A stretch of 64,000 bases of DNA from Candidatus Latescibacterota bacterium (GTDB taxonomy: Bacteria > Latescibacterota > UBA2968 > UBA8231): the NCBI GenBank assembly GCA_965243025.1, contig CBDETY010000003.1:2048001-2112000 (forward strand), read 5' to 3'. The notes beneath the pieces were generated by a model that worked only from the letters and a program-made list of their open reading frames with translations, searched no databases and was not told the origin of the DNA. Below, one piece after another: positions 20,986 to 30,943 of this stretch. The position numbers and the translations under genes were made by a program. Each line of letters starts with the position of its first letter. The stretch's first letter is position 1.

Positions 20986-22098
20986 ATGTACGACTTCATT
21001 GTCATCGGGGGCGGCGTCCTCGGCGCGGCCACCGCCTTTCATCTGGCCGGGGCCAGGGCCCGGGTGCTGCTGCTCGACCGCGAAGACGAGGGGCGCGCCA
21101 CGGCCGCCGGGGCCGGGATCGTCTCCCCGGCGACCTACCGCGGCGACTCCGACGCCTGGTACCGCTTCAGCCGCGCCGCGTACGCCCACCTTGCGGCACT
21201 GGTCCCCGAACTCGAGGCGGAAGGGGCCGGCACGGGGTTCGCCCGCTGCGGACTGCTGCTGGCGGCGGTATCCGACGACGAGTTCCCCCTTTTCGAGGCG
21301 GCCTCGCAGCTGATCCTTTCGCGACCGGGCGGGGGTTCTCCTGTTCGCGCCGTCGGGGCCGCGGAAGCAAGGGAGATGTTCCCTGCCCTCGCCGCATCGG
21401 CGCGGGCCCTGCACAACCCGGACGCCGCCCGCATCGACGGCCGGCTCCTGGCGCGCGCCCTGCTCGAGGCCGGAGAACGCCGCGGGCTCGAGCGCCGTTC
21501 CGGCTCGGCCGACAGCCTCTTCCTCGAAGGCAGCCGGGTCGCCGGCGTCCTGAGCGGTAACGAACGGATTTCCGCGGGCGCCGCGATCATCGCCGGCGGG
21601 GCCTGGTCCAGGCGCTTCTCCGACCAGCTCGGCATCGACATCCCGGTGGCCCCCCAGCGCGGCCAGATCATCCACCTCGACCTCGGGGGGACCGACACCT
21701 CCTCCTGGCCGATCGTCAGCGCCTTCCGCGACCATTACATGGTGCCCTGGCCGGACAGCCGGGTAGCCGTCGGCGCAACGCGGGAGACCGGCTCCGGCTT
21801 CAACCCGCAGGCGACCGCGGCCGGTATCGTCGAGGTGCTCTCCGAGGCCCTGCGCGTCGCCCCCGGCCTCGCCAACGCCTCGATCCGCGAGACCCGGGTC
21901 GGGCTGCGGCCGCTGTCGGCCGACGGCATGCCGGTCATGGGAGCGGTCCCGGGACGGGAGGGCCTCTACCTCAACACCGGCCACGGCGCCAGCGGCCTGC
22001 AGCTCGGCCCCTTCAGCGGGAGCGTCGTCGCCGACGCCGCCCTCGGCAACGAGCCGGGGTTCGACCTCTCCCCCTTCTCGGTGGAACGCTTCCTGTGA
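20986..22098 (+). CDS. FAD-dependent oxidoreductase (D-amino-acid oxidase / glycine oxidase family)
   Basis: VIGGGVLG, ATAAGAGI, PQRGQI, GLRPLSADGMP, TGHGASG. Confidence 0.9.
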   Translation: MYDFIVIGGGVLGAATAFHLAGARARVLLLDREDEGRATAAGAGIVSPATYRGDSDAWYRFSRAAYAHLAALVPELEAEGAGTGFARCGLLLAAVSDDEFPLFEAASQLILSRPGGGSPVRAVGAAEAREMFPALAASARALHNPDAARIDGRLLARALLEAGERRGLERRSGSADSLFLEGSRVAGVLSGNERISAGAAIIAGGAWSRRFSDQLGIDIPVAPQRGQIIHLDLGGTDTSSWPIVSAFRDHYMVPWPDSRVAVGATRETGSGFNPQATAAGIVEVLSEALRVAPGLANASIRETRVGLRPLSADGMPVMGAVPGREGLYLNTGHGASGLQLGPFSGSVVADAALGNEPGFDLSPFSVERFL

Positions 22099-23258
22099 CC
22101 GCCGCCCACGTTCAGGTTCGCGCCGTCACCTCCGGGCCGGGCTTCCACTGGTTCGGGTACTACGACAAGCTGCAGTTCGATCCGTCGGGGCGGTACCTCC
22201 TCGGCATGGCCGTCGACTTCGAGTCGCGGTCCCCGGAGCCGGAGGACGCAATCCGTCTCGGCGTCATCGACACCCTTGAAGGGGATTCCTGGCGCGAGGT
22301 CGGCGCGACCAAGGCATGGGGCTGGCAGCAGGGCTGCATGCTGCAGTGGATTCCCGGATCGGACCGCCGCATCGTCTGGAACGAGCGCGACGGGGAGCGG
22401 TTCGTGTCCCGCGTTTTCGACACCCGCTCGGGGGAATCGCGGACCCTGCCGGCCGCGGTCTACTGCCTTGCTCCCGGGGGCGACCTGGCGATCGGCACCG
22501 ACTTCCGCCGCATCAACCACATGCGCCCGGGATACGGGTACGCAGGCATCCCCGATCCGAACCGCGACCAGCTGGCCCCGGAGGACAGCGGCATCTACAC
22601 CGTCGACCTGGAAAGCGGGGAGTCGCGGCAGATCCTGTCGATCGCCGAAGTGGCCGCCCTACCCTACCCCCACGGCGACTATTCCGGGGCGAAGCATTAT
22701 TTCAACCACCTGCTGTTCAACCCCGACGGCACCCGCTTCGTCTTCCTGCACCGCTGGCGCGTCGGGGGCGGACGCCGGACCCGCATGCTGACCGCGGCGC
22801 CCGACGGCTCCGACCTGCACGTCGTCGACGATTTCGGGCAGGTGTCCCACTTCATCTGGCGCGACCCCGAAACCCTCCTCGCCTGGTCGCGGCGGCCGCA
22901 AACAGGGGAGGGGTTCCATCTCTACAGGGACCGCTCCCCGGAGGTGGAGCCGATCGCCAGGGAGCAGATGACGCTGGACGGCCACTGCACCTTCCTGGCC
23001 GACAGCGACTGGATCCTCAACGACTGCTACCCCCGGGGCGAATCGCGGTCGCAGGACCTCTACCTCTACCATGTCCCGACGGGCCTCCGGATCGAGCTCG
23101 GCAGCTTCCACTCCCCCGAGGAGTACACCGGGGAGTGGCGGTGCGACCTGCACCCGCGCTCGAGCCCGGACGGCCGCCTGGTCAGCATCGACTCGGCGCA
23201 CGGGGGCGACGGCCGGCAGATCTACCTGCTAGATGTCAGCGGGATCGTCGGGGCTTGA
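22095..23258 (+). CDS. Conserved beta-propeller protein (oligogalacturonate lyase / TolB-like)
   Basis: GTGA overlap with upstream gene; HWFGYYD, AWGWQQGCMLQW, FNHLLFNPDG, DGHC, RCDLHPR. Confidence 0.65.
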   Translation: MTAAHVQVRAVTSGPGFHWFGYYDKLQFDPSGRYLLGMAVDFESRSPEPEDAIRLGVIDTLEGDSWREVGATKAWGWQQGCMLQWIPGSDRRIVWNERDGERFVSRVFDTRSGESRTLPAAVYCLAPGGDLAIGTDFRRINHMRPGYGYAGIPDPNRDQLAPEDSGIYTVDLESGESRQILSIAEVAALPYPHGDYSGAKHYFNHLLFNPDGTRFVFLHRWRVGGGRRTRMLTAAPDGSDLHVVDDFGQVSHFIWRDPETLLAWSRRPQTGEGFHLYRDRSPEVEPIAREQMTLDGHCTFLADSDWILNDCYPRGESRSQDLYLYHVPTGLRIELGSFHSPEEYTGEWRCDLHPRSSPDGRLVSIDSAHGGDGRQIYLLDVSGIVGA

Positions 23259-23281
23259 ACCCGTCGCGAAAGGGGAACCAA

Positions 23282-24229
23282 ATGAAATCAGGGATTCTGC
23301 TGTTTGCCGTGACGACCTTCGCCCTGTCGGCATCAGTGCTCGGACATCAGGGGGACAGGGTCTACCCCATTCCCGAGATAACCGAAGAGTCCAGGATCGA
23401 CCTCAAGGACGGATCGGTAGATGACTGGAGCGAGCTCCTCGGGGAGCCAACCTTCACGGCCCTCGACTTTACTGTTTTCGAATCGCATCGGCGGAATGCC
23501 GTCACGAAGGCATTCGATCCATCGGATCTGGATTTCAGGATCTGGCTCGGATGGGGGCGCAACCCGGCGCGCCTCTATGTTGCCGGCATCTTCAGCGACG
23601 ATATGTTCGCGGGTCCGGACTCGGAGTACCTGGGGCAGGCAATAGGTGGCCATCAGGACCACATGTACCTCAAGGTCGACGGAGACCATGATGCGGCTCC
23701 CAGGGCTGACTTTGGTGCTGGCGCCTCGGAAGTATGGGAACGGGATGCGCAATTGTACCACGCATTTTCTATCCCGGCCCACGGGCACCATGTATCGCTC
23801 CGGTGGCTGGAGTTGTTCTTCGAGGAAGACCACCCGTGGTGGAGCTACTCTCCGTACGCCGACGGCGGCGGCTCGGTTTCGGGTGAGAACCCCGTGTTCT
23901 GGGTCGTGGAGTTCTACGCCACTCCTTTCGATATGCTGATCAGGGATGAACCTGAACGCAGCCTGGTTTCGGAACTGTTTCCGGGGAAGACCATAGGGTT
24001 TCAGTTGGAAGTATGGGACTTCGATGATCCCGAACCCGTTCGGGACGATTATGTATCCGAAGGGTTGTACACCCTGGGAGACTATTCCGGCCTGACAGTT
24101 CGCGACGTGTTCGGGGATGCGGATACGTGGGCGGACGGCATCCTGATCGGAGAGCCGTCAACAGGCGGCCCCGGCTCCGTTGTGAAAGCGGATTCCTGGG
24201 CCAGGATCAAGGCATCGCTGCGGGACTGA
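23282..24229 (+). CDS. Secreted protein, possible CBM9/DOMON-like sugar-binding fold, with C-terminal SWARIK motif
   Basis: ATG after AAGGGG; signal peptide then HQG; IDLKDGSVDDW, IGFQLEVWDFDD; ends VVKADSWARIKASLRD; lower GC than neighbours. Confidence 0.7.
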   Translation: MKSGILLFAVTTFALSASVLGHQGDRVYPIPEITEESRIDLKDGSVDDWSELLGEPTFTALDFTVFESHRRNAVTKAFDPSDLDFRIWLGWGRNPARLYVAGIFSDDMFAGPDSEYLGQAIGGHQDHMYLKVDGDHDAAPRADFGAGASEVWERDAQLYHAFSIPAHGHHVSLRWLELFFEEDHPWWSYSPYADGGGSVSGENPVFWVVEFYATPFDMLIRDEPERSLVSELFPGKTIGFQLEVWDFDDPEPVRDDYVSEGLYTLGDYSGLTVRDVFGDADTWADGILIGEPSTGGPGSVVKADSWARIKASLRD

Positions 24230-24261
24230 GGAGAACTCAACCCCCACGAGCGTCCCGGACC

Positions 24262-25335
24262 TCACCCCGAGTTCAACAGCTCGTCGAGCCGCAGGGAGTC
24301 GGCGTAGGCGAAAAGCGCCGGGAGGCCCCCGGTATGAAGAAAGACCACTGCCCCTCCGGCGACCTTCCCCTGGCGCACGTGGTCGATCAGCCCCGACATC
24401 GCCTTGGCGGTATACACCGGATCGAGCAGCAGGCCCTCCAGCCGCCCCGCCATCAGCATCGCCTCGCGCGCGGCGTCGGTGAGAACCGCGTACCCGGGGC
24501 CGATGTAGTCGGTCATGCTGACTATTTCCGCCGGCTCTACCGACGTCGAGATACCGAGGAGCTGCCCGCACTCGGTCGCCACCGAGGAGAGGCACTCCTC
24601 GAAGGTCCAGCCCGAGGTCACGGGCTCCGGAAGGGCCGGAAGGCCGACCACGCGGATGGGGGACTCGAGGTGCTTCAGTGCCAGGGCGATGCCCGCCTGC
24701 GTCGAGTCGGATGAGCAGAGCCAGATCTCGTCGATGCGGACTCCGGCCCGGTCCGCCTGGTCGAGCAGCTCGAGGGTGGCGGCGGCGTAGGAGACGGCGG
24801 ACAGCCCGATCCCGGACTCGTCCCCGACGCGGGCGACGAACACCTTGCGCCCGGACGCGGTGAGCTCCTCCCCCTTGGCCCGGACGCGGGCCCCGAGGTT
24901 CTCCCAGCTCCCTTCGTCCTCGGCGAGGTCGATCTGCGCTCCCACCAGCAGGTCGAGCAGCAGGCTCCCCTGAACCTCTCTGTCGCGCTCTCCCCGCACC
25001 TTGCGCAGCACGAGGTGGCACTCGAGCCCGAGCCTGGCGCAGCCGGCGGCGAGCTGGCGGCAGTAGTTCGACTGCACCGCGGCCCCGCCCACAACGGTGT
25101 CGGCCCCCTCCTCGAGGGCTTTCCCGAGGACGAACTCGAGCATCCGCGTCTTGTTGCCGCCTGTCGCCAGCCCGGTGAGGTCGTCCCGCTTGATCCATAT
25201 CCGGGGGCCGCCGAGAGTCCTGGACAATGCGGGGCAGTGTTCGAAAGGGGTCGGCAGGGCCGCGAGGGCGACTCTCGGCAGGCGGTCCAGTGCGGACTGC
25301 AGCTCCGCGCGCCTGCTGGCATTCTGTTCGTTCAT
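24262..25335 (-). CDS. PLP-dependent D-cysteine desulfhydrase / ACC deaminase family protein
   Basis: IKRDDLTG, GGNKTRML, QSNYCR, LLDPVYTAKA, FLHTGG; ATG at 25335 after AGGAG. Confidence 0.9.
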   Translation of the reverse strand: MNEQNASRRAELQSALDRLPRVALAALPTPFEHCPALSRTLGGPRIWIKRDDLTGLATGGNKTRMLEFVLGKALEEGADTVVGGAAVQSNYCRQLAAGCARLGLECHLVLRKVRGERDREVQGSLLLDLLVGAQIDLAEDEGSWENLGARVRAKGEELTASGRKVFVARVGDESGIGLSAVSYAAATLELLDQADRAGVRIDEIWLCSSDSTQAGIALALKHLESPIRVVGLPALPEPVTSGWTFEECLSSVATECGQLLGISTSVEPAEIVSMTDYIGPGYAVLTDAAREAMLMAGRLEGLLLDPVYTAKAMSGLIDHVRQGKVAGGAVVFLHTGGLPALFAYADSLRLDELLNSG

Positions 25336-25522
25336 GGGATAGTCTCCTGTCGCAGATGAAGCGACCAAGTTCGGCTCCACCGGCCAGCTCGCGCCAGCAC
25401 CTGCGGCTCGGCGGCCCCGCCCGGGGCAGGGCAAGTGCCCGCCTGGGAATCGGCCGGACTCCCGGGGTAACGCTCCTGCTGCCGGAACTCTCCAACCCCA
25501 CCCATCTCCCGAGCCCCCGACC

Positions 25523-27625
25523 ATGTCAGATTCGCAATTCCACCTGCACCCGGAAACCCCCTTCCCCGTAGGCGTCGAGTACTACCGGGCCCCCATCCCC
25601 AAACGGGAGGTCTGGGACGCGGACTTCGCCGCCATCCGGGCCGCGGGAATGCGGGTCGTGCGCAGCTTCAGCTTCTGGAACCACATGGAGCCGGCTCCGG
25701 GCCGCTACGAGCTGGAGGACTTCGACCTGATGTTCGACCTGGCCGAAAAACACGGCCTCCACGTCTGGCTCGACGTCACCCTGGCGACGCACGGCTCCTG
25801 CCCCGAGTGGCTGCTGCGCGAACACCCCGACATCCGCGCCGTGGACCGCCACGGCAATCCCCTGATGGTCTCGGGGAGCGCCGCGGCCCCGCAGGGAGCC
25901 ATCCTGCACTGCTACGATCACCCTGCCTGGGAAGAGTTCGGCGGCGCCCTGCTGCGGCACGTGGTGCACCGCTACAGGGACCGGGACAACCTCCTCGTAT
26001 GGGGCCTGTGGGACGGGGTGGCTCCGGGCAGGGCAGGGCCCGAGCCGTACCCCTGCTACTGCGAGCATTCCCTCGCCGCGTACAAGCGCTGGCTGCGGGC
26101 GCGCTACGACCTCGACGGCCTCAACCGCCGGCTCCTGCGCCGCTACCGCACCTGGGATGACGTCGCCCCCCCGCGCGACAACCACAACGTCGTCGAGATG
26201 ATGATGTTCCGGCGCTTCAACTGCGAGAACCTCGTCGAAAAGCTGAGGTGGATGGTCGCCGAGACCCGGGCCATCGACCCCCGCCACGAGGTGCGCGCCC
26301 ACGGCGTCGTCATACCGCAGCCCTGGCACGAGGCCTGCGCCGCCGAGGTCGACAGCTGGGGCATGTCGATGTCGTCGAACAACCTGCTGACCTCCGACCC
26401 GTACCGGATCGCCTTCAACGCCTTCGGCTTCGACGCCTCCCGCGGCCTCGCCCCGAACGGACGCTGGTGGAACGAGGAGATATACGCCGGCATGGCCAAG
26501 GGCGGGGTCACCTGGAAGAAGCAGTCCGCCCCGCAGGAGCTGACCGCCCTGCTCTGGCTGACCCTCGCCGGCGGCGCCTGCGGCTGCATGTTCTGGCAGT
26601 ACCGCCCCGAGTATCTCAGCTTCGAGTCCCCCGGGTACAACCTCGCCGCCCTCGACGGGAGGCCGACGCCGCGGCTGCGGGCGGTCAGCAGGGCGATCGC
26701 GCGCATCGAGGGGATGAGGGAGCACCTGCCCGTCGACTGCGGCCGCGCCCGCGTCGGGATCGTCTACCACGCCCCGTCCCAGGAGCTGTTCGGCCTCAAC
26801 GGCGAGGCGCAGCGCTTCAGCTCCGACCTCACCGGTGCGTGGACGGCGTTGTGGCGGCACGGAATCGCCGCCGACCTCCTCACCCCCGCCATGGACTGGA
26901 CGGGGTACGACCTGCTGTTCCTGCCCAACCTCGCGCTCATGGACGGGGATGCGCGCCGGCGCCTGGAGCGGACCCTCGCGGAAAGCCCGGAAACCCGCTT
27001 CGTCGCCGAGGGCAGCTTCGGCCTGTACTCCGAGGACGGGCAGTCGAGCTACGACCCCCCGGAAGGGTTCGGGGAGCGGTTCGGGGTGCGTGTCGCGGAC
27101 TTCTCGCAGGTGACCGGGCTCGACATCGAGGAGGGGCGCAATCTCCTGCGCACCCCCCTGGCGGAGGTGCCGGTCGCCACCCCGTGCGGGTACGCCGTCC
27201 TCGAGCCGGAAGGTGCGTGCGAAAGCTGGGCCAGCCTCGACGGCCAGACCGTGGGGGTGCGGACCGCGGGCGGCCGCTTCACCTGGCTGGGTCTCACCCT
27301 GTCGGCCGGCTTCGCGGAGCAAGCGCCGCCGGAGCTGGTGCTGGGGCTGGCCGCCGAGGCCGGGGTACGCCCCCCGGTTCGGGTCGAAGGGGCGGAGGTG
27401 GTGCCGGTGGTGCGGCCCTCGCGACAGGGGGGCCGGCTGCTGTTTCTCCTCAACATGCGGCGGGAGACGGCGCGAGCGCAGGTCCGGACCGACTGGCAGC
27501 TTGAGGAGGTGGAAGACCTGTTCACCCGCAGCCCGGTGCCGCTCCGGGAGGACGGTGCCGGCTTCGAGATCGGCATCGACGGCTGGGAGATGGCGATCCT
27601 CCACTGCCGGGAGGTCGAGGGATAG
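25523..27625 (+). CDS. GH42-like beta-galactosidase family protein with atypical acid/base position
   Basis: [29 protein letters not shown], trimerisation domain LLFLP...GVRV; WDG where GH-A enzymes have (W/D)NE. Confidence 0.82.
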   Translation: MSDSQFHLHPETPFPVGVEYYRAPIPKREVWDADFAAIRAAGMRVVRSFSFWNHMEPAPGRYELEDFDLMFDLAEKHGLHVWLDVTLATHGSCPEWLLREHPDIRAVDRHGNPLMVSGSAAAPQGAILHCYDHPAWEEFGGALLRHVVHRYRDRDNLLVWGLWDGVAPGRAGPEPYPCYCEHSLAAYKRWLRARYDLDGLNRRLLRRYRTWDDVAPPRDNHNVVEMMMFRRFNCENLVEKLRWMVAETRAIDPRHEVRAHGVVIPQPWHEACAAEVDSWGMSMSSNNLLTSDPYRIAFNAFGFDASRGLAPNGRWWNEEIYAGMAKGGVTWKKQSAPQELTALLWLTLAGGACGCMFWQYRPEYLSFESPGYNLAALDGRPTPRLRAVSRAIARIEGMREHLPVDCGRARVGIVYHAPSQELFGLNGEAQRFSSDLTGAWTALWRHGIAADLLTPAMDWTGYDLLFLPNLALMDGDARRRLERTLAESPETRFVAEGSFGLYSEDGQSSYDPPEGFGERFGVRVADFSQVTGLDIEEGRNLLRTPLAEVPVATPCGYAVLEPEGACESWASLDGQTVGVRTAGGRFTWLGLTLSAGFAEQAPPELVLGLAAEAGVRPPVRVEGAEVVPVVRPSRQGGRLLFLLNMRRETARAQVRTDWQLEEVEDLFTRSPVPLREDGAGFEIGIDGWEMAILHCREVEG

Positions 27626-27830
27626 GAGCGAGGGATTGGCCAGGGAGAGAGTGGGTTTCCCGTTCAATAAAGCGGCCGGTACTGCCGGGTGGACCGGACT
27701 TCCCCGGGATACGTTCCAGGCCCCGGTCGCCGACAGACCGGGACCCGTTCCCGCCTCCGGGCGTCCATATTTTCAAAACGATGACCAGCTCTCATCGCGC
27801 ACTTCTCACCGAACCGCAGGAGCCGATCCC

Positions 27831-28895
27831 ATGAAAACCGCCCTCGCCCTGACCCTGTCCCTGCTGCTGACCTCCGGCCTTCGATCCGCCGGCGCCGAAC
27901 AGGGGCAGGCGACCTTCGCCGGCGGCTGCTTCTGGTGCATCGAGGCCCCGTTCGAAAAGTACCCCGGCGTGATCTCGGCGGTCTCCGGGTACACCGGCGG
28001 GACCGAGGAGGACCCGACCTACAAGCAGGTCAGCTCCGGCCGCACCTCCCACATCGAAGCGGTGCTGATCACCTACGACCCGGAGCAGGTCGGCTACGAA
28101 GAGCTGATCAATCACTTCTGGCGCCAGTTCGACCCGACCGACGAGGGGGGATCCTTCTACGACCGCGGCCACCAGTACACCTCCGCGGTCTTCTACCACG
28201 ACGAGGAGCAGAAGCGGATCGCCGAGGCGACCCGGGCGGCGCTCGATTCATCCGGGCGCTTCGACAAGCCGGTGGTCACCCCGGTCCTGCCGGCGGGCAC
28301 CTTCTATCCGGCCGAGGAGTACCACCAGGACTACTACCGGAAAAACCCCGGCCATTACATGAGGTACCGCACCGGCTCGGGCCGCGACCGCTTCATCACC
28401 AGGATCTGGGGAGACGATCCGCCCGCATCCGCGATGCCGGGCAAGTCCTCGAGCAGCCGTTTCTCCAAGCCTTCCGAGGGGGTGCTGCGGCAGAAGCTGA
28501 CTCCCCTGCAGTTCGAGGTGACCCAGGAAGACGGCACCGAGCCCCCCTTCCGCAACGAGTTCTGGGACAACAAGCGGGAAGGGATCTACGTCGACATCGT
28601 CTCCGGTGAGCCCCTGTTCAGCTCGACCCACAAGTACCGCTCCGGCACCGGCTGGCCGAGCTTCTGGCAGCCGCTCGTGGCGGACAACATCGTCGAGAAG
28701 GCGGACAACAAGCTGTTCATGACCCGCACCGAGGTGCGCAGCAGGAACGGCGACTCCCATCTCGGACACCTGTTCAGCGACGGCCCCGAGCCGACCGGCC
28801 TGCGCTACTGCATCAACTCCGCTTCCCTCCGGTTCGTCGAGAAGGACCGGCTGGAAACGGAGGGCCTGGGGGAGTTCGCCCACCTGTTCGAGTAG
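27831..28895 (+). CDS. msrAB: Exported peptide-methionine sulfoxide reductase MsrA/MsrB fusion
   Basis: Signal peptide; [22 protein letters not shown] (MsrA); [25 protein letters not shown] (MsrB). Confidence 0.95.
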   Translation: MKTALALTLSLLLTSGLRSAGAEQGQATFAGGCFWCIEAPFEKYPGVISAVSGYTGGTEEDPTYKQVSSGRTSHIEAVLITYDPEQVGYEELINHFWRQFDPTDEGGSFYDRGHQYTSAVFYHDEEQKRIAEATRAALDSSGRFDKPVVTPVLPAGTFYPAEEYHQDYYRKNPGHYMRYRTGSGRDRFITRIWGDDPPASAMPGKSSSSRFSKPSEGVLRQKLTPLQFEVTQEDGTEPPFRNEFWDNKREGIYVDIVSGEPLFSSTHKYRSGTGWPSFWQPLVADNIVEKADNKLFMTRTEVRSRNGDSHLGHLFSDGPEPTGLRYCINSASLRFVEKDRLETEGLGEFAHLFE

Positions 28896-28922
28896 GGGGG
28901 GCTCGCAGTTTCACCCGGCATC

Positions 28923-28958
28923 AGGCGCCGAGCCACAGGCAAGGCGCCTTTTCTTTTC
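28923..28958 (+). terminator. Possible intrinsic terminator after msrAB
   Basis: AGGCGCC...GGCGCCT stem with a long loop followed by a T-rich tract. Confidence 0.35.
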
Positions 28959-29100
28959 CGGGCGCAGGGCTGTATTTCCTGCGTTACGGCGCGCTACCTG
29001 GCCGCTGCCCGTGGCTGGGATAACCCGGGCTTCTGGCCAGGTTTCCGGCGGCTCCGGGGTCGCCTTACCCCAATCCACTTCTCCGGCAGGACATCGACAG

Positions 29101-30345
29101 ATGAAGGTTACCGAAATCGAAGTTCACCAGGTTACGCATGAGCACCACGACTGGATCGCCTGGCAGCTCCTGCACTACGACGGTCCGCGGCGGAGCACGG
29201 TGTACGTCGCCCACACCGACACCGGGCTCACCGGTCTCGGCGAGAAGGGGGGCGCGCCCGAGCCGCAGGAGGTCCTCGACCAGTACATCGGCAGCAACCC
29301 CTTCAACTGGATCGGGGACGAAACCTCGATCGCCCTCGGGACGGCGATGTACGATCTCATGGGCCAGGCCGCGGGCGTGCCGGTGTACAAGCTGTTCGGC
29401 CAGAAGCACCGCTCCTGGGTGCCGGTCTCGAGCTGGACGGTGTCGACCTCGCCGGAGCGCATGGCCGAGGCGGTCAGGCGCTACGCCGCCCGCGGGTTCA
29501 CCTGGATGAAGTTCCACCTCTCCCCCTTCGAGAACGTCTTCGACCAGACCGAGGCTATGCAGGAGGTCGCCCCGCGGGGGTTCCGCATCCACTACGACTT
29601 CACCGGCGGCGGCACCACCGACCACATGCCGGACCTGCTCTCGCGGCTCTCCAGCTACCGGATCGCCGGCTGCTTCGAGGACAGCATCGACGAGAGGGAC
29701 GTCGAGGCCTCGATCGAGCTGCGCAAGCGGGTGCGCCTGCCCCTGGTGAGGCACCGCGCCGCCTTCGACGCGACCTACGAGGTGATGCAGGGCGCCTCGG
29801 ACATCTACATGCTCGGGCACTGCAAAATCGGCAAGGCGGTGGAGGCCGCCGGCCTGTTCGCCGCCGGCAACATCCCGTTCATGGTCCAGTGGGTCGGAGG
29901 CGGCATCACCCGCGCCATGGTCGCCCACATGATGGCCGCCTTCCCGTCGGCGACCTTCCACGCCATCAACGCCGGGGAAACCACCCGCACCGACGTCATC
30001 GAGGAGCGCTTCGAGCCGGTCAACGGTTTCGTGCGCGTACCGGAGAAACCGGGGCTGGGGGTCACCCTCGACCGCGGCGAGCTGGAACGGCTGTCTGCCC
30101 TGGAGCCTGTCCCCTGCGATCCCTGGATCATCCGCTCCCGCTTCGCCAACGGCGCGCGGATGTACCACAAGTACGACGTCAGGACCACCCGCCACTTCCT
30201 GATTCGCCCCGACTGGCGCCGGGGGAAAGTGCCGATGAGCTACGACTCCCCGATCACCACCGACTACTGGGACGACGACGGCTCCCCGGAGTGGCGGCAG
30301 ATGATGCAGCGCATCGAGACGGAAGGGATGGTTCTGGAGGGGTAG
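29101..30345 (+). CDS. Enolase-superfamily (mandelate racemase-like) enzyme with C-terminal extension
   Basis: AMYDLMGQAAGVPVYKLFG, WMKFH, HYDF, FEDS, PEKPGLGV; extra C-terminal domain with DDDGSPEW. Confidence 0.85.
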   Translation: MKVTEIEVHQVTHEHHDWIAWQLLHYDGPRRSTVYVAHTDTGLTGLGEKGGAPEPQEVLDQYIGSNPFNWIGDETSIALGTAMYDLMGQAAGVPVYKLFGQKHRSWVPVSSWTVSTSPERMAEAVRRYAARGFTWMKFHLSPFENVFDQTEAMQEVAPRGFRIHYDFTGGGTTDHMPDLLSRLSSYRIAGCFEDSIDERDVEASIELRKRVRLPLVRHRAAFDATYEVMQGASDIYMLGHCKIGKAVEAAGLFAAGNIPFMVQWVGGGITRAMVAHMMAAFPSATFHAINAGETTRTDVIEERFEPVNGFVRVPEKPGLGVTLDRGELERLSALEPVPCDPWIIRSRFANGARMYHKYDVRTTRHFLIRPDWRRGKVPMSYDSPITTDYWDDDGSPEWRQMMQRIETEGMVLEG

Positions 30346-30380
30346 AAGCCGGTCCCGCGGCGGTGCATCCTGGGGGCCGC

Positions 30381-30761
30381 CTACCCGGTCTCCCCGCCTT
30401 CCGGTACGTGCGCCGAGGCCAGGCCGATCCGGTTGCCTTCCGGGTCGCTGAAAAGGGCGAACGTCACCATCCCCGGTATCGTCGTCACCGGCACCACCGT
30501 CTCGCCCCCGAGTTCGACCGCCTTCGCGAGAGCAGCCTCGATGTCCTCCACCTGCACGTAGAAGGTCGCGTGCGGGGTGCCGGTCGGGCTTCCCCCGACG
30601 CCGCCGCCGATGCCCGGGCCATCCCCGTCCGCTTCCACAATCGCGTACGGCATCTCCGGAGCGGGGCTGCGGAGATCCCACTCGAACAGGTTCCTGTAGT
30701 ATGCCTGCAAGGCCTCGTGGTCCTTGCCGACGATCTCGAAATGCACGACCGGGTTCTTCAT
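30381..30761 (-). CDS. VOC / glyoxalase family protein
   Basis: PVVHFEI, FYVQVEDIEA, FSDPEGNRIGL. Confidence 0.9.
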   Translation of the reverse strand: MKNPVVHFEIVGKDHEALQAYYRNLFEWDLRSPAPEMPYAIVEADGDGPGIGGGVGGSPTGTPHATFYVQVEDIEAALAKAVELGGETVVPVTTIPGMVTFALFSDPEGNRIGLASAHVPEGGETG

Positions 30762-30943
30762 TTATCTCTCTCCTTCGCGGTGTTCGTTTTTTTCTCCCGG
30801 GTACGAACCGGGGGCGCCCGGAGGTCATCTGCATCCCGGGCGACGGGGGAGACTACGGGATTGGAAAACTACGGGATTTTTTTGAAAACGGGGGGCAGGG
30901 ACATTCCAGGCCCCCCGCTCGCGGCGCGGGGCCTTCCGCCGCA

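Noticed and set aside
27740-27766. GGGAC-N17-CGTC as an ECF sigma promoter for msrAB
   Set aside because: Too degenerate to call in GC-rich sequence without comparative data.
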